From assembly GCA_028534125.1 (NCBI GenBank), contig CM052818.1, positions 7,564,001 through 7,628,000 on the forward strand: DNA of 64,000 bases, in the 5' to 3' direction. The stretch comes from Lama glama. Taxonomy: Eukaryota. Positions 1 through 12,619 of this stretch are shown piece after piece. The notes beneath the pieces are model-generated. The model ran no database searches, was not told the origin of the DNA, and saw nothing but the letters and a program-made list of their open reading frames with translations. The first letter of the stretch is position 1; every line of letters starts with the position of its first letter. The translations under genes were made by a program, and so were the position numbers.

Positions 1-384
1 TACTACTTCCAAACATAGAAAACTTTATTTATCTGGTCTCATTAGAAAAGAGATATTCCAAAAAATTTTCCAGACACTTGAAGCTCATCTCTTTAAACCC
101 ACAAATTAGTTTTACTTTCACCATGTCTATTTTTAGACTTTGAAAAATATGCTGTACATTTTCTTAAACAGAGAGTAATCAACATAATGTAACTGGTTCT
201 TGATTATTCAGGTCTCAATTCTACACATTCTTTATTGTACCATTTTACACGTAACCGTTTTATGCATTACACAAGACCCTCCTTGCAGGCTGGTGTAGTG
301 TGTTCAGGGCCGTGTCCTTTCATACAGAGTGGTCTAGACTGAAATGTTAAGTTCCTCTGTTTGGAGGGTTTTGTTAGAGTCATG

Positions 385-580
385 AGGTGGAGGAGAAAGA
401 AATTAAACTTTTAAGTCATGCAGACCAGGATTCCAATCGTAGGTCCACTACTGAGTAATTATGCAATTGGGGGAAATTTGTTTAACTCTTTACAGCTTCT
501 GTTTCTTTGTCTGAACAGTGCTTATGCTAGCTTGCAGAATGGCTGCAAAGAGGGAGTTACATAATAACTGTAAAGGGACT
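385..580 (+). mobile_element. MIR SINE (degraded)
   Basis: cagaccaggattccaatc...ccactactgagtaattatgcaattggg...tctgtttctttgtctg resembles the MIR core. Confidence 0.55.
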
Positions 581-739
581 TGTGCTCCCCAGCCCTCAGC
601 CTCCTTCCTTGTTCTGCTGTCAGTGTCAGTTCTGGCTCCTGCCAACTCTCTTCTCTTGCATTTCCTCACCTCTTGTAGACTGTGACAGCGGGAACCCCCC
701 TGACCTGTTCATCACCTGATGTCTTCCATGAATACCTGA

Positions 740-950
740 CAGTGTGGTCTCTGGGAAAACACTTGTATTTGAATCCTGACCCTATCAGTTTCTACTGTGT
801 GATCTTGGGCAAATTTATCAACCTCTCTCCACCTCAGTTTCCTTGTCTGTGAAATGAGGCGACTCATAACGCATACTTCATAGGATTGAATTAGCTATAT
901 ATGTAACTGTCCCTCAGACATAGCTAACACACAGTAAATGTTATGTATAA
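740..950 (+). mobile_element. MIR SINE
   Basis: tttgaatcctg...ctgtgtgatcttgggcaaattt...cctcagtttccttgtctgtgaaatgagg is the MIR core. Confidence 0.8.
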
Positions 951-1099
951 TGACTGTAGTGACTAGAGAAAAAAAACGATTTACTGCTTCTAATCTTCTG
1001 TGCCCCCTGAAATGAAATAATCAAGTTTATTTAAATAAGCTTAAATATTAGAAAAATTACTACTAATAAAGTGTGTGCTTTAGTATTTGCCTTTTTAAA

Positions 1100-1158
1100 C
1101 CTTTCTTTCTTCCTTCCTTCCTTTCTTTCCTTTCTATCTTGCTTCTTTCTTTCTTTCC
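1100..1158. repeat. (CTTT/CCTT)n simple repeat
   Basis: Read directly from the sequence. Confidence 0.85.
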
Positions 1159-4100
1159 TAATTTTTTTCTTTAGCAGCTCAGAAGTTCTACTCTTACCTT
1201 TGGGTTAGGGGGTCCTATTTTGATTGCTAGATAAATGATCTCAAGATAATTGGAATTTTTACCATATAAAATGTGAGATAACCTATGTTTTTCTTTTTTT
1301 CTTACTATGTTATTTGAGTCCATTTTGTCTGTTACATTTATAGAGATAGATATGAAGTTTCTCCTAAGCTAACCAATTTGCCTGTGTTCTCACGTACTAA
1401 CGTTTGCCTTTTATTTACATGGTGTGGCCAACCGTGTCAATAGCCAAGGCACAATTCAGCATGTCATCAGTAAAAATTCACAGTAGTTCTATTTCTAAAT
1501 CTCAACACCTAACTCGTTTCATAATCGTATAGAACTGTCAGATATTTACATTATGCATCCCATTTCTTTGTGTTTAAGTGTCACCTGTCTTCAACTCTTA
1601 GCTCCTTCTAGTCCTCCAGGTGAATAATCTGTTGGAATTTAGAAACAGAGAGTAAAAAATGAGAGCCGATAGCTATTGCTGAAGAGTGAATAGTAACAAG
1701 TTGTTGAGGATAGCAAAATAATCTTTTAAGTGGTACACATTCATGGTTCAATTAAATCTAGAAATTGAATAAACAAAAGTGCTAACTGAACCTCAAGTTA
1801 TGAAAGGGATTATTTTCTTATTTTGTATCCATCTCACTACTCTATACCTATAAAGCAAGGTATTTATTGTGTTCCTTCTTATGCTTATCAATCAAAACAT
1901 AACTTGACTGTTGATCCTAACTCAGTACTCTAATGGCAATTTCTTCCCTCTACCTTAAGAGTTACACATTAGCTCTAAACAGGCAGATGTTATCACCAAT
2001 GTGCTAATTCTCTTCTGTTCCCTGGACATGTTTGGTTACCCATGCGATCTAAGGGACCTTTTGAACCACGCACTTGTGAGGTTTGGTTGGCCAGGATCTA
2101 GGTGTGGCAAGCTAGAGACTGGAAATTCAAAAACTTTCCCATGGAGCAGATGAGAGCTTGAAAGAGGGAGGTATTCCTGACAAGATCAGAACATCCCAGA
2201 AGGCATTTGGTATTTGCTCAGTGATTACAACACACATAGCGACATTTTTTCAAGGGGGAAGGTGATAGGCAACAATGACTGCCAGTGAAGACCATCCTCA
2301 AATCTCAGATCTAACTCTAAATTTAGCATTACACACAATCACTAATCAAGCCCTTTGTTACTCTCACAGCTTTACATGAGGATCTGTCTTCAGAGTAATT
2401 TGACCTGTTCTCATTTTACTATTACATATCACCTAGTTGTCTGCTCTCCCTAGCCCAGTCTAAGCCTCCAGTTGTATTATCTGTTGAAATTTGGATTGGA
2501 GAGTAAAAGATGACAGCTTCGGTTGAGGGGTAAATAGCAACAAACTGCTATGGATAGCAAAATAATCTCATAAGTGTTATCATAGGGATTTTTACTGAAC
2601 AATGGAATTTAGAAATGAAGTCAACAAAAGTTAAATTGAACCTGCAATTATGGAAGAGCTTATTTTGTTATTTTATATCAATCCCACTACTTTGTGTGGA
2701 CAGGACAAGGTTTTTACTGAATTCTTTCACTGAATTTATTCTTCTCAATCAGTAAAACTACTTCTGAGTGGCAGAGCTTTCTTGAATTCTAATCTTCTGG
2801 GAGGTAAGAATTATTTCCCCTAATTTTCCTAAATATTGTTAAGTCTGGTCAGCCAGAAACTAAAATGTAGGTGTCTATCATAATAATGATAATCTTATTA
2901 GCCAAGTTGCTTTCTTTAAAAGTGTATAACACTGGTGGGCTTTTTCAGCACTATTTTCCCCTCTATATCAAGGGATTATTTTTTTCACTTCCTATATATA
3001 GTCTTTGAAATTCTTAAATCCAGAGAGAAACCAGTGAGTACAAGTAGGATGTCCAGTAAACAAAGGGAGACCCAGGCAAGCAAACCGTGGTTTAGGGCAT
3101 GCTAATATGAGAGTGTGTAGACGAGGAAATTATAAGGGCTTTATAGGAATCCTGGTTGAGGTTGGGAAGGAGATTGGAGTCTCTCAGCATAGGGATACAA
3201 GTGTTGTGGTCAAGGGTAGCAAGATGGCACTAGAATGTCTTTGTGACTTGACTCCAAGAAATGCCTTTGTATGGCTATCTGACCTAGAGAGAAGTTTTAA
3301 GGATGAGTGTGAAGCAAAAGTATAGTGGTATATTTTCTGTTGTCACCTTCTAAGAGAATAGTTTCTGGGGTTAGAGGTGGGAAAGGGTAATTGTTATGGT
3401 AATGTTTGGAGAACATGGCCTCTATCTTCTGCATCCCCTCTAGAACGCCAGATAACATTCTTCACTCCAGCATTTGATTACTAGGTGAAGTAGAAAACAA
3501 AACGTATGACTACAATTTACAGATGTCTTGGGAGGAGTAAAATCAATCTCAATATGTAAATCACAGGCATTCAGTTTTATTTATTGTAGTAATTTAATGT
3601 CACTAAATTAGTTAATCAGACTCAGAACAAATTGTTCTCTAAGGTTCATGCCGAGATTGAGACAATTTTCTTTATCCATATTCTGCAATCACTTAGTCTA
3701 TTCTTACTAAGGCTTCCCATGTATATATACCCTCGAGTCCAAGTCAGGACTATTTTCCTTTTCATTGGTGAGGCAAAGTTTTTTCTGTTTGTGCCCTACC
3801 TCTACGTCTTAGCTCCCAGGTAGACTGATTCTTCTGGCCACCAGACATCCTTACTAGGTAGTATGTCTCTCAATTCCCATTCATTGAAATATCTCAGAAC
3901 TAGATTTTTTGCCTTTATTAAGTACTCAATTCTCAGTCTTCTCTTTCTTTCAAGTCATATATTTAGCTAGTTTCCTTAGACACTTTTATATTTATCTTTC
4001 TAGACCTCATGCCATTTCTGCCTCTATATATGATTTTTTTGTCATCTAGGCAGGATTCTTTTTTAGTAAAAATGTTAGCATATCTAAAACCCAATTTACT

Positions 4101-4288
4101 TACATCTTCTCCTATCACAGTGAGTCATGGTTACCCTTAACTCTATACAAATTTGGGAGTAGGATACCAAATCAAGCCCAAGTCTCTTGGGATTATAGTC
4201 CATCAAGTTCGCTGAAAATAGGAAACCTTCTTTCTACTTGCCCAATTTCTGGGGATTGGGAAGAGGTGAAACCCCCTATTTTATGTAT

Positions 4289-4950
4289 ACGACCAATCCT
4301 TATTATTCACGAAGTACATATTTGTGAACTTACCTACTCACTAAAATTTACTTGTAACCCCCCCACCCCTGCAATCAATACTTATAGTGCTTTTGCAGAC
4401 CCTTCATGAGCATATGGAGAGCAGCCAAATTTGAATCACCTGGTGCTCACATTATAAGCTAAGACTGAGCGCAGCAATGCTCAGCCTTCTTGTTTCAACT
4501 CTCATGCTGTAAACAAGTTTCCATTTTGTGGTCCTTTTAGTGCCAAATTTTTCACATTTTTGTGCCTTTTGTTGGTGATTTCGTTATTTAAAGTGGCCCA
4601 CAAATATAGTGCTGAGGCTCTGTCTAATGATCCTAAGCGCAAGAAAGCCATGATGTTGCCTTCAGAGAAAATATGTATGTTAAATAAGCTTCCTTCAGCG
4701 TGAGTTACAGTGTTGGTGACTGTGAGTTCAATGTTAATGAATCAACAATATATATTAAATAAGGTGTCTTTAAACAGAAGTACACATAAAACTTGTTTAG
4801 TATTGATCAGCTGACTAAAATGTTGGGACCAGGCACTCACAGGAATTTAACCCTATATTTCCTCTAGGAACAATCATTCAGCATTTGCTAATTAAGTGTT
4901 CACAGCGACTTTATAAAACATAACTACCACCAATAATGAGATTCGGTGGT
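4289..4950 (+). mobile_element. MER82 (TcMar-Tigger non-autonomous DNA transposon), near full length
   Basis: Collinear match to the recalled consensus, e.g. ctactcactaaaattta, gccttcttgtttcaactctcatgctgtaaacaag, tgagttcaatgttaatgaatcaacaatatatattaaataaggtgtctttaaacagaa. Confidence 0.85.
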
Positions 4951-5039
4951 GTGTGTGTGTGCATTTCCGTGTAGTAAAATTACTGCAACTGGTTAATACC
5001 TCACTAAACAGCATATTGTAGTTTATAATATGCCCCTGA

Positions 5040-5376
5040 AAATCCTATAAAATCTAGTGAAATTATATGTACATCTAACTTTTGATTCAGCAATTGTATT
5101 TCTAGAAATCTATCCCAAAGTTACAGTGGTAAATAGAAGAACATCAACCACTATGAATCTTCTAATGGAAGTGCACAACACCACCTTTGAAACAGTCTCA
5201 ACAAAATTGAATATGAATCTGATTATGCCTCTAGATATAACTACCAATTTGTAGAACATTTAAGGGACAGAGGAACATGTGAAACATATGTGAGTGCAAT
5301 CAGCAGAATCCAAAATCCATTTGTCCAGAAATTCTATTGGACAAATGACCTGGATTCTTCAACAACTAACAACCTC

Positions 5377-5425
<49 letters not shown>

Positions 5426-7830
5426 CTTGAAGCTAAAAAGAGATTTAACTACTGGTAGTTTTATATAAGAATGTTCTTAACAGCTTTATTCTCAATAACC
5501 AAAAACTTGCATTAAGCAAATATCCAACGACAGGGGAAAGGATAAACATATGTAGTAATGATAACAATTATAAGAAACAAATTAATCCAACAATATGGAT
5601 GAATCTCACAGGCATTATATGGAGAAGAAGCTGGACGTAAAATAGTATAAAATTCTAGAACAGAATCTAAGGTTTAAAAAATATCAAAGTAGTGGTTGCC
5701 TGTGAGGAGGTAAGAGGCACAAGGGAACCATCTAGGGAGATGGAAGTGTCCTGTGTGAGAAAAGAGGTGTGGGTTACCCTGGTATATTTGTTTGTCAAAA
5801 CTGTACCACTGGGATTTGTATATTTAAATATATGTACATTTTACCTCAAAAAACTGTAAAAAAATTAATGGAATGGAAATTGGAGAGTGAATGGAAGTAT
5901 AGATGATATAAGAATGATAGACTGTTGATCACTGTTGAAGCTGGGTGTTGAGTCCATATATTCTTCTGCTTACTTTGTATATGTTTGGAAATTTCCAGAA
6001 TACAAACTTGTTTTTCTTTTTTTTTAACAAAGAGAGAGACTTAAGAGCTATAACAACCAATGGTATGTATATTCCTTTTTGGATCTCAATTCATAAAAAC
6101 TGTCTGGATATTTAAGAATATTAAAGAAATATTCAAGGGAAAGTATTTTTAGGTGTGATAACTGCATTATTATTATATTTTTAAAATAAAGATACTCACT
6201 TTTTAAGAGACACATCTTGTAATACAGATGAAATTATATAGCATCTGGGATTTGCTTTGTAATGAACCAGTGGGGGGAGGTAGAGATAAAACAAGATTGA
6301 CCAGGAATTGGAAATTGTTGAAGCTGGATAATGAGTCTGTTAGACTATTCACTGTCATTTTATGTATTTAAAATTTTCTATAATAAAAAGATTTTCAAAT
6401 AATAAATTTTTAAAAAATACTCCCATAAATTGAAAAACTCCAGGCTGGCCAAGTCTAGTCAAATGGATGGAACTGTATGTCTACTACTGTGCAACTGTAC
6501 TGTTTCTGAGATGAGTCAGGGTAGGTTGGGGACAGGAGCCTGGGCTGGTAACACTAGAAGGGGATGTGTGGTGACTCAGGTTGGGAGGCTAGGGGTTTTG
6601 TCCCGTGACACAGTCACGTGAGGTTGTGAAGAAACTGATCTCTGAGAGGCAACTGTGGAGGCAGGACAAACAGAAGGAGACACAGATGATTAAGGCAGGA
6701 TGTGAAACTGCATGGGGGAATTACTGGAGAAAATATTAAAGCAGTGCCAGTTTAGGAGAGCTAGTTGTGAAGAATCAGTCCTCAGAAAGGCAGAGCTAAT
6801 TGGAGTCACCTTTCCTGATACAAATACGTGGACACAGTGGGTAAATATAACAACAGAAACAAAAATGAAATACATAATTGAGCTTGAAAGAAATCCCTAT
6901 TGCTGGGGGGAAAAAAAAGTTGTGTCATGGGGAGGGGACTCGAAACCAGAGACCTGAATCTAGGACTTAGGGGCTGGGAGTCAAGGTTCAGTGCCCACAT
7001 GGGGACAGGAGATGTGTCCTCCTGCCTGGAGTGCAGAGGTTAGAACTGGGTCTCCTGCTAATGCCAGGAATTTTAAAAAGCTGCACAATCCATGAAAAGT
7101 AGCTGGGAAAGCTTGGTCCACCAGACTAGACAAGTAGCAAGCAGTTTGTTTTCTGTTCTGAGCTCTGAGTAGAGGTAGAAAAAAAAAAAAAAACTCCTGG
7201 GAGAAATTTAAACCCAAAGCTCCATAATTGGTGAGTGTAGCGTCTGAATTTACACTACCTTCGTGATAAGAGAATCCCAAGTTAAGAAACGTGCATGAAA
7301 ACTAGTTCAGGTGGGTGAAAATGTATATATTTGATAAAGGACTTATAACTAGAATATCTAAAGAACTTCTATTAATAATAAAAGAGAGTATACTAGAAAA
7401 ATGGGTAAAATTTTAACTTACATTTTTCAAAGAAAGGATTCTCAAATAGCCAATATTCTTATAAAAAGTTGCTCAATTTCATTAATCGTCAGGGAAATGG
7501 AAATAAAAACTACAGTGGGATACTACACACTCACTAGAACAGCTAAAATGAAACTAACAGAAAATAAAGGTTGGTGAGAATGTAGACACATAAATATAAA
7601 TAAGCATTTACTGTAAAAAAAATGACAATGGCAGCTGATTTTTAGGGAGTTAAGAATAAGGTGGAACTAAATACTAACAATAATATGGAAGGTGGGACAG
7701 ACAGGGTATATCAGAATCTTTCTGAATTCCTTGTATTGTTTGGGAGTTGCTTTAAATTGTTGATTAACTTTACACTTTATTAACTGAAGTATACCCTGTT
7801 AAAAATCTAAGGGTAACCACTGGAATGGTG
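5040..7830 (+). mobile_element. Cluster of old L1M (L1MC/ME-like) fragments
   Basis: Typical L1 3'-region motifs (gcaattgtatttctagaaatctatccc, atggatgaatctcaca, cattaatcgtcagggaaatggaaataaaaactacagtggga). Confidence 0.65.
5381..5424. repeat. (CA)22 microsatellite
   Basis: Perfect CA run. Confidence 0.97.
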
Positions 7831-7859
7831 GGTGTGGTGTGTATAACCATCACTGTAAT

Positions 7860-8017
7860 AGGCATTTTGAGTGAGACAGTTCTCCTTTATGCAGTCGTCT
7901 GGGCCCCACCTAGGAAATGCCAATAGCAGTGCTCAGTCATCGAGAAAAACAAAAAATGCCCTCACATATTTCTAAATACCCTCTAAGAGATTGGTGACCC
8001 CACTAATTGAGAACCAT
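7860..8017. mobile_element. hAT-Charlie MITE (MER20-like) fragment
   Basis: aaaaatgccctcacatatttctaaatacc...ccactaattgagaacca terminus. Confidence 0.5.
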
Positions 8018-8947
8018 ATTATGAGAAAGATAAAAGGAGGGAAGTAAAGAAAACATGAGCCAATCAAGGGAAAGGGGTGGTGGAAGAAAAACAAGGAAGA
8101 ATCAATTAAGGACATTGTCACATCCATTGGTTTTATTTCATAGACTCTTAAATTTAGAAGACATCTTAGTTTATTTAAAAGAGCACTCATTTACCATCTG
8201 GATTTTCACAAGAATATTTTGTTTTGCAAAAAGAATCCCATTTCCTGTATCACAGTCAGGGTTATTGTCCTTTTCCTGTGAAACCTTGTCTGAAAAACTG
8301 AACTGACTACAACCTAATGAACATATATTCCTCAATAATATATCCATTAAAGTGAATAATTAATGGAATATCTCAAAGCTCTAATATTATATGTTAATGA
8401 TAACCCTTACCTGGTCTGAATCTAGAAAGCATTAGTTTTTCATCACCATGTAATTTATTGGTTAGACCCAGGTCTAATTTTTAATTTTTTTTCTTTTATC
8501 AGATTTTTAAAATCTTGAATAAGAAAATAAAAAATTCTGATAAAATAATATTTCAAAATTTCTTATTTCTTTTCATTGTCAATATTGATATACTTCAAAA
8601 GAAACTGCTTTGGAAAAACATACTAGGACCTCTTAGCTGCCATATGTAATAGACTCTTTCAAACCTCATTTTACCCCACCTCCCCAATTCTAAAACACTT
8701 TTCTCCTTTAGATTCCTTGATAATGCATAATGGGTTTATTCCTACTTTCTGCTCTTCCTTCTGATTCCTTTATGGATGCCTCTTCCTTCCCCTTGCCAGC
8801 CCTTAAAGTTGGTTTTCCTCAAGATTCTTTCTCTGGTTCTAAGGGTCAAGCTCTGAGCTCAGACAACCTGGATTTGAATTCTAGATCCACAGTTTTGTAT
8901 AGTTGAGTAACCTCAAGCCTATAAACCCTAGTTTCTTCAACTGTTAA

Positions 8948-9482
8948 NNNNNNNNNNNNNNNNNNNNNNNNNNNNNNNNNNNNNNNNNNNNNNNNNNNNN
9001 NNNNNNNNNNNNNNNNNNNNNNNNNNNNNNNNNNNNNNNNNNNNNNNNNNNNNNNNNNNNNNNNNNNNNNNNNNNNNNNNNNNNNNNNNNAAGACGTACA
9101 GTCAGCAAACTGGAGACCCAGGAAAGCTTATGGTATAGTTCCAGCCTGACAGTCTCCAGGTTCAACACTCAGAAGAGTCAATGCTTATGTTTGCATTTGA
9201 AGGCAGAGAAGGTGGATATCCAAGCTCAGGGCAGTCAGACAGGAGGAAAATCCTTACTTGCAGGAGCATCAGCCTTTTTGTTCTATTCAAATAAGCTTTC
9301 AACTGATTGGATGGGCCCACTCACATGAGGGAGGGAATCAGCTTTACTCGATCTACCAGTTCAAATGTTTTTAATCTCATGTGAAAACACCCTCACATAC
9401 ACACCCAGAATAATGTTTGACCAAATAATGTTTGGCAAATATCATTGGCCCAGTGAGGTTGACACATGAAATTGATTATCAC
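8948..9482 (-). mobile_element. MLT2-like LTR (ERVL) inserted into a MIR; part hidden in Ns
   Basis: Ends ggcccagtgaggttgacacatgaaattgattatcaca, the reverse complement of the MLT2 5' end. MIR halves flank it at ~8843-8947 and ~9483-9590. Confidence 0.75.
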
Positions 9483-9732
9483 ATATCTCATAGGGTGGTA
9501 GCAAAGATTAAATGAAATATTAGATAGTGGATGCTTGGCACAAGTGAGATCTCAGTAATGCAATAAGTGTTAAATACTGTCATCATTATTACTCTACACA
9601 CTTCCTGGGTGATCTTATCCACACTCTTGGGTTCAGTGATGGGATGAGTTCTAACTATATATCTCATGTTTACTGGTTATCACAGAATTCACTTCAGGCT
9701 TAACTGTCGAAAATGAAATTTATCACTATCCT

Positions 9733-9873
9733 GGGAGGCGGGGGGATGTATAGCTCAGTGGTAGAGCTTATGCTTGGTTCAATCCCCAGTACCTCTGCTA
9801 AAATAAATAAATAAATAAACCTAATTACCTCCCCCTAAAGCAAAATAAATAAAATAAAATATTCTTAAAAAGA
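9733..9873 (+). mobile_element. tRNA-derived SINE (camelid Vic-1-like), internally deleted
   Basis: tatagctcagtggtagagc...ggttcaatccccagtacctc...aataaacctaattacctcccc plus A-rich tail; 18-bp TSD gaaat(t/a)tatcactatcct at 9715-9732 and 9874-9891. Confidence 0.88.
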
Positions 9874-12379
9874 GAAATATATCACTATCCTTCTATTCAA
9901 AGTTGCTTCTCCTTTAGTGTTCACTCTACTAGTGAATAACTCCAACATGTAATGCCCAGTTACACAATCAGAAACCTCAACATTATCCTTCTCTCCTTTT
10001 TCCCTCACCTCCCACATCCAATCAGCAGTCAAGTCCTGTTCATTCTGCCTCTTAAGTGCTTTTGGTATCATTCTCTTCTTTTCATGCCCCATAGCTACTT
10101 AGTTTCTCCCTCATTTCTCTCCTGAATTATTGCATATTCTCTCCACTGATCACCATGCTCAAACATAAATATGATTTATGTCACTCCTCTGTTTAAAATT
10201 TTTCAACAGTTCCTCATTGCCAAACTCCTTGGCAAGGCAAGGCATACAATGACTTCCATGATCTGATCCCAGAAAATTTCCCCAACCTCATCATTCAGGG
10301 TGCCCACATCATACCCTATAATCTGGCCGTACTGAACTGCTTTTAGTTCTCTAAACAGGCCTGGCTATTTCATTTTTCCATGTCTTTTGTTAGAGTGCTA
10401 GCTAAACTGAAATGTCCTTGCTTACCTGGTGAGCATCTACTCATTTTTCAGGACTCAGCTTAACTACCAACTACTCTTAGAGATGCTTCATGACTGCATT
10501 CTCACACAACACTGATTATTCCCCTGTCTGCATTCTCACTATTCCCTAAATATCCTTCGAGAAACGTGCCCATAAAATTTGATTGCACTTATCCATTTAC
10601 TTGTTTATAAGGTTTTTGAGGGTTGGGAACATGGCTAATTCATCTTTGTGTCCATGGCCTGGCTCCACAGTATATGCTCAATAAGTATTTGGTGAATGAA
10701 TGAATGCATGAAATTTGAGGTACAAAAATACAGGTAATTATTCCAAGAGTAAACAAATCAATAGGGATGGAAACACAATCTAAATCTCTTAGTGAGTTTT
10801 CCACTTCTCTCATTATTCAGTATTTTTTAAAGTTCCAAAATAACTGTTGGCACACATGTTTGTTGAACTAATGCTGAGAATATATAGGCTGCATTCTTTG
10901 GTGTACAAGTGTATTCTTTTAAAACATTAAAATCTTAACTAGCTTGTCTTTGACATTTTCCAAATATATCTGAAATGTCAGAGCCAGCATTTGGGGCCTA
11001 CAAATCTTTTGAGTGAAAGCCCAGGCCTTCAAATTGTGTGCCATTCACAGGTTTAAAATAGGAACATGTTCCATGTTGACTGGGAGCTATTTGGAGACTT
11101 TGAGGACATTAGAAAAGAAAAATTTTATTTTGGGTAGGAATGTTGGAAGGTAGAAGTTTTGAGAGATAACCTATATCTGAATATTAAAATGAACACACGT
11201 GGGCACACACACTCTATTTTTCTCAAATCCAAGAAGAATCTCAGCAAAAGTCTAGGGCCTTCCTGATCCCGAAGAGAAGTCTGCCTGCATTTTTAGTAAA
11301 AAAATAATAATAGTAACTCCAGTATGCATGAACTAACAGGATATAATCATTTGTTGGTATAAAATATGCAAAATTTGGACTAAACATGAAAAGAAATGTT
11401 CCTTTGCAGCAGATGAAACAGTTCCAATAAAAGGAGAAAAATAAGTCTACAACAGTTCTAAATCATAAGAAAAGTTTGGTGTGTCCAATTTTCTCTGCAT
11501 CATTTACTAGTAAATTAGACTTATTGCATGATGTTTTAGAGAAAGGTATTAATATTGTGATTTTTTTTCCTTATGTTCATATCCTAAATAGCATTTTTAT
11601 ATTTGTTTGGGGGAGACTAGAAGCATATTGTTAGTTGATTTTTATATGGTCATATGGTAGAGAGAATGTTGAAATTTACTGATCAACTTGCTAAAATCAA
11701 GAGCTTTTTAGAATTTAGGAGATCTAAATAATCCAATTTATCAGTCCCTCAAGATTCACTTTCGTACTGAAATGACTAGATATCTGAATATACCAAATCT
11801 GAAACTGCAGATAAGCAACAAAAAGATGACTTCTTTGGTCAAGGGAATGTAGGTGTTAAACTAGACAGGTAGACTGAGTAGATGGTAACTGGAAGTGCAC
11901 TCATTTTCCATGACTGAACTGTCCTCTAGTCAAAGGACTGCAGATTTTGAAGACCGATATGAAACTGTGTGGTGGATACAATGTCAAAAAGAGATTCACA
12001 GATTTTTATACATAAGTGAATGCCACTCAGATTTTCCACACCTGACTTTGGAGTACAAACCCCACCATATGTCTAAACTGTGGTGTGTCTACCTTATTCT
12101 GGTGGCTCTACTTCAAAGTGATATATGCTGACTGAGCATTTACTATATTCCAAGGATTACACTAAACAATTTGCATGTATTTGCTCCTTCAAGAAAAACT
12201 GAATTAAGTGATGTTCATACAAAAGATGACCTATCCCTGGAATTCTAGTGACATATATCTGAACTCCAGAACTTTGCTGATGTTGTAGGCCATGTGACCG
12301 AATGCTGGGCAATGTATGGGGCTACCTGATTCTGGGAAGTACAGTTTATTTCATGAAACTACTTTAGGCTTCTGGGTGT

Positions 12380-12545
12380 TCTGATTAGATTCAGCTATGC
12401 TTAACATAGGCTGAAAAATAACTTCCTTTCAACAAGATAGAAGTTTATTTCTCTCTCACTTAAAGAAGTCAGGCAGTGGAAAGTCTAGAGCTGTATGTCA
12501 GCTCCATGGTCATTAGGGACTCAGAATTTTCCTGTATTTCTGTTT
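12380..12545 (-). mobile_element. MLT1 (MaLR LTR) fragment
   Basis: aacaagatagaagtttatttctctctcac...cagctccatggtcattagggactcag. Confidence 0.55.
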
Positions 12546-12619
12546 TTATTAGCTGTACTTGTTATTAGCTATACCTGTTTATTATTATCTTATTAGCTAT
12601 ACCTGTTTGTTTTATTTCT

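Larger units (their letters stand above)
8690..10712 (+). mobile_element. L2 LINE interrupted by MIR, MLT2 and a Vic-1-like SINE
   Basis: L2 motifs (cccacatccaatcagcagtcaagtcctg, tgtcactcctctgtttaaaa) ending in ctcaataagtatttggtgaatgaatgaatg. Confidence 0.7.
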
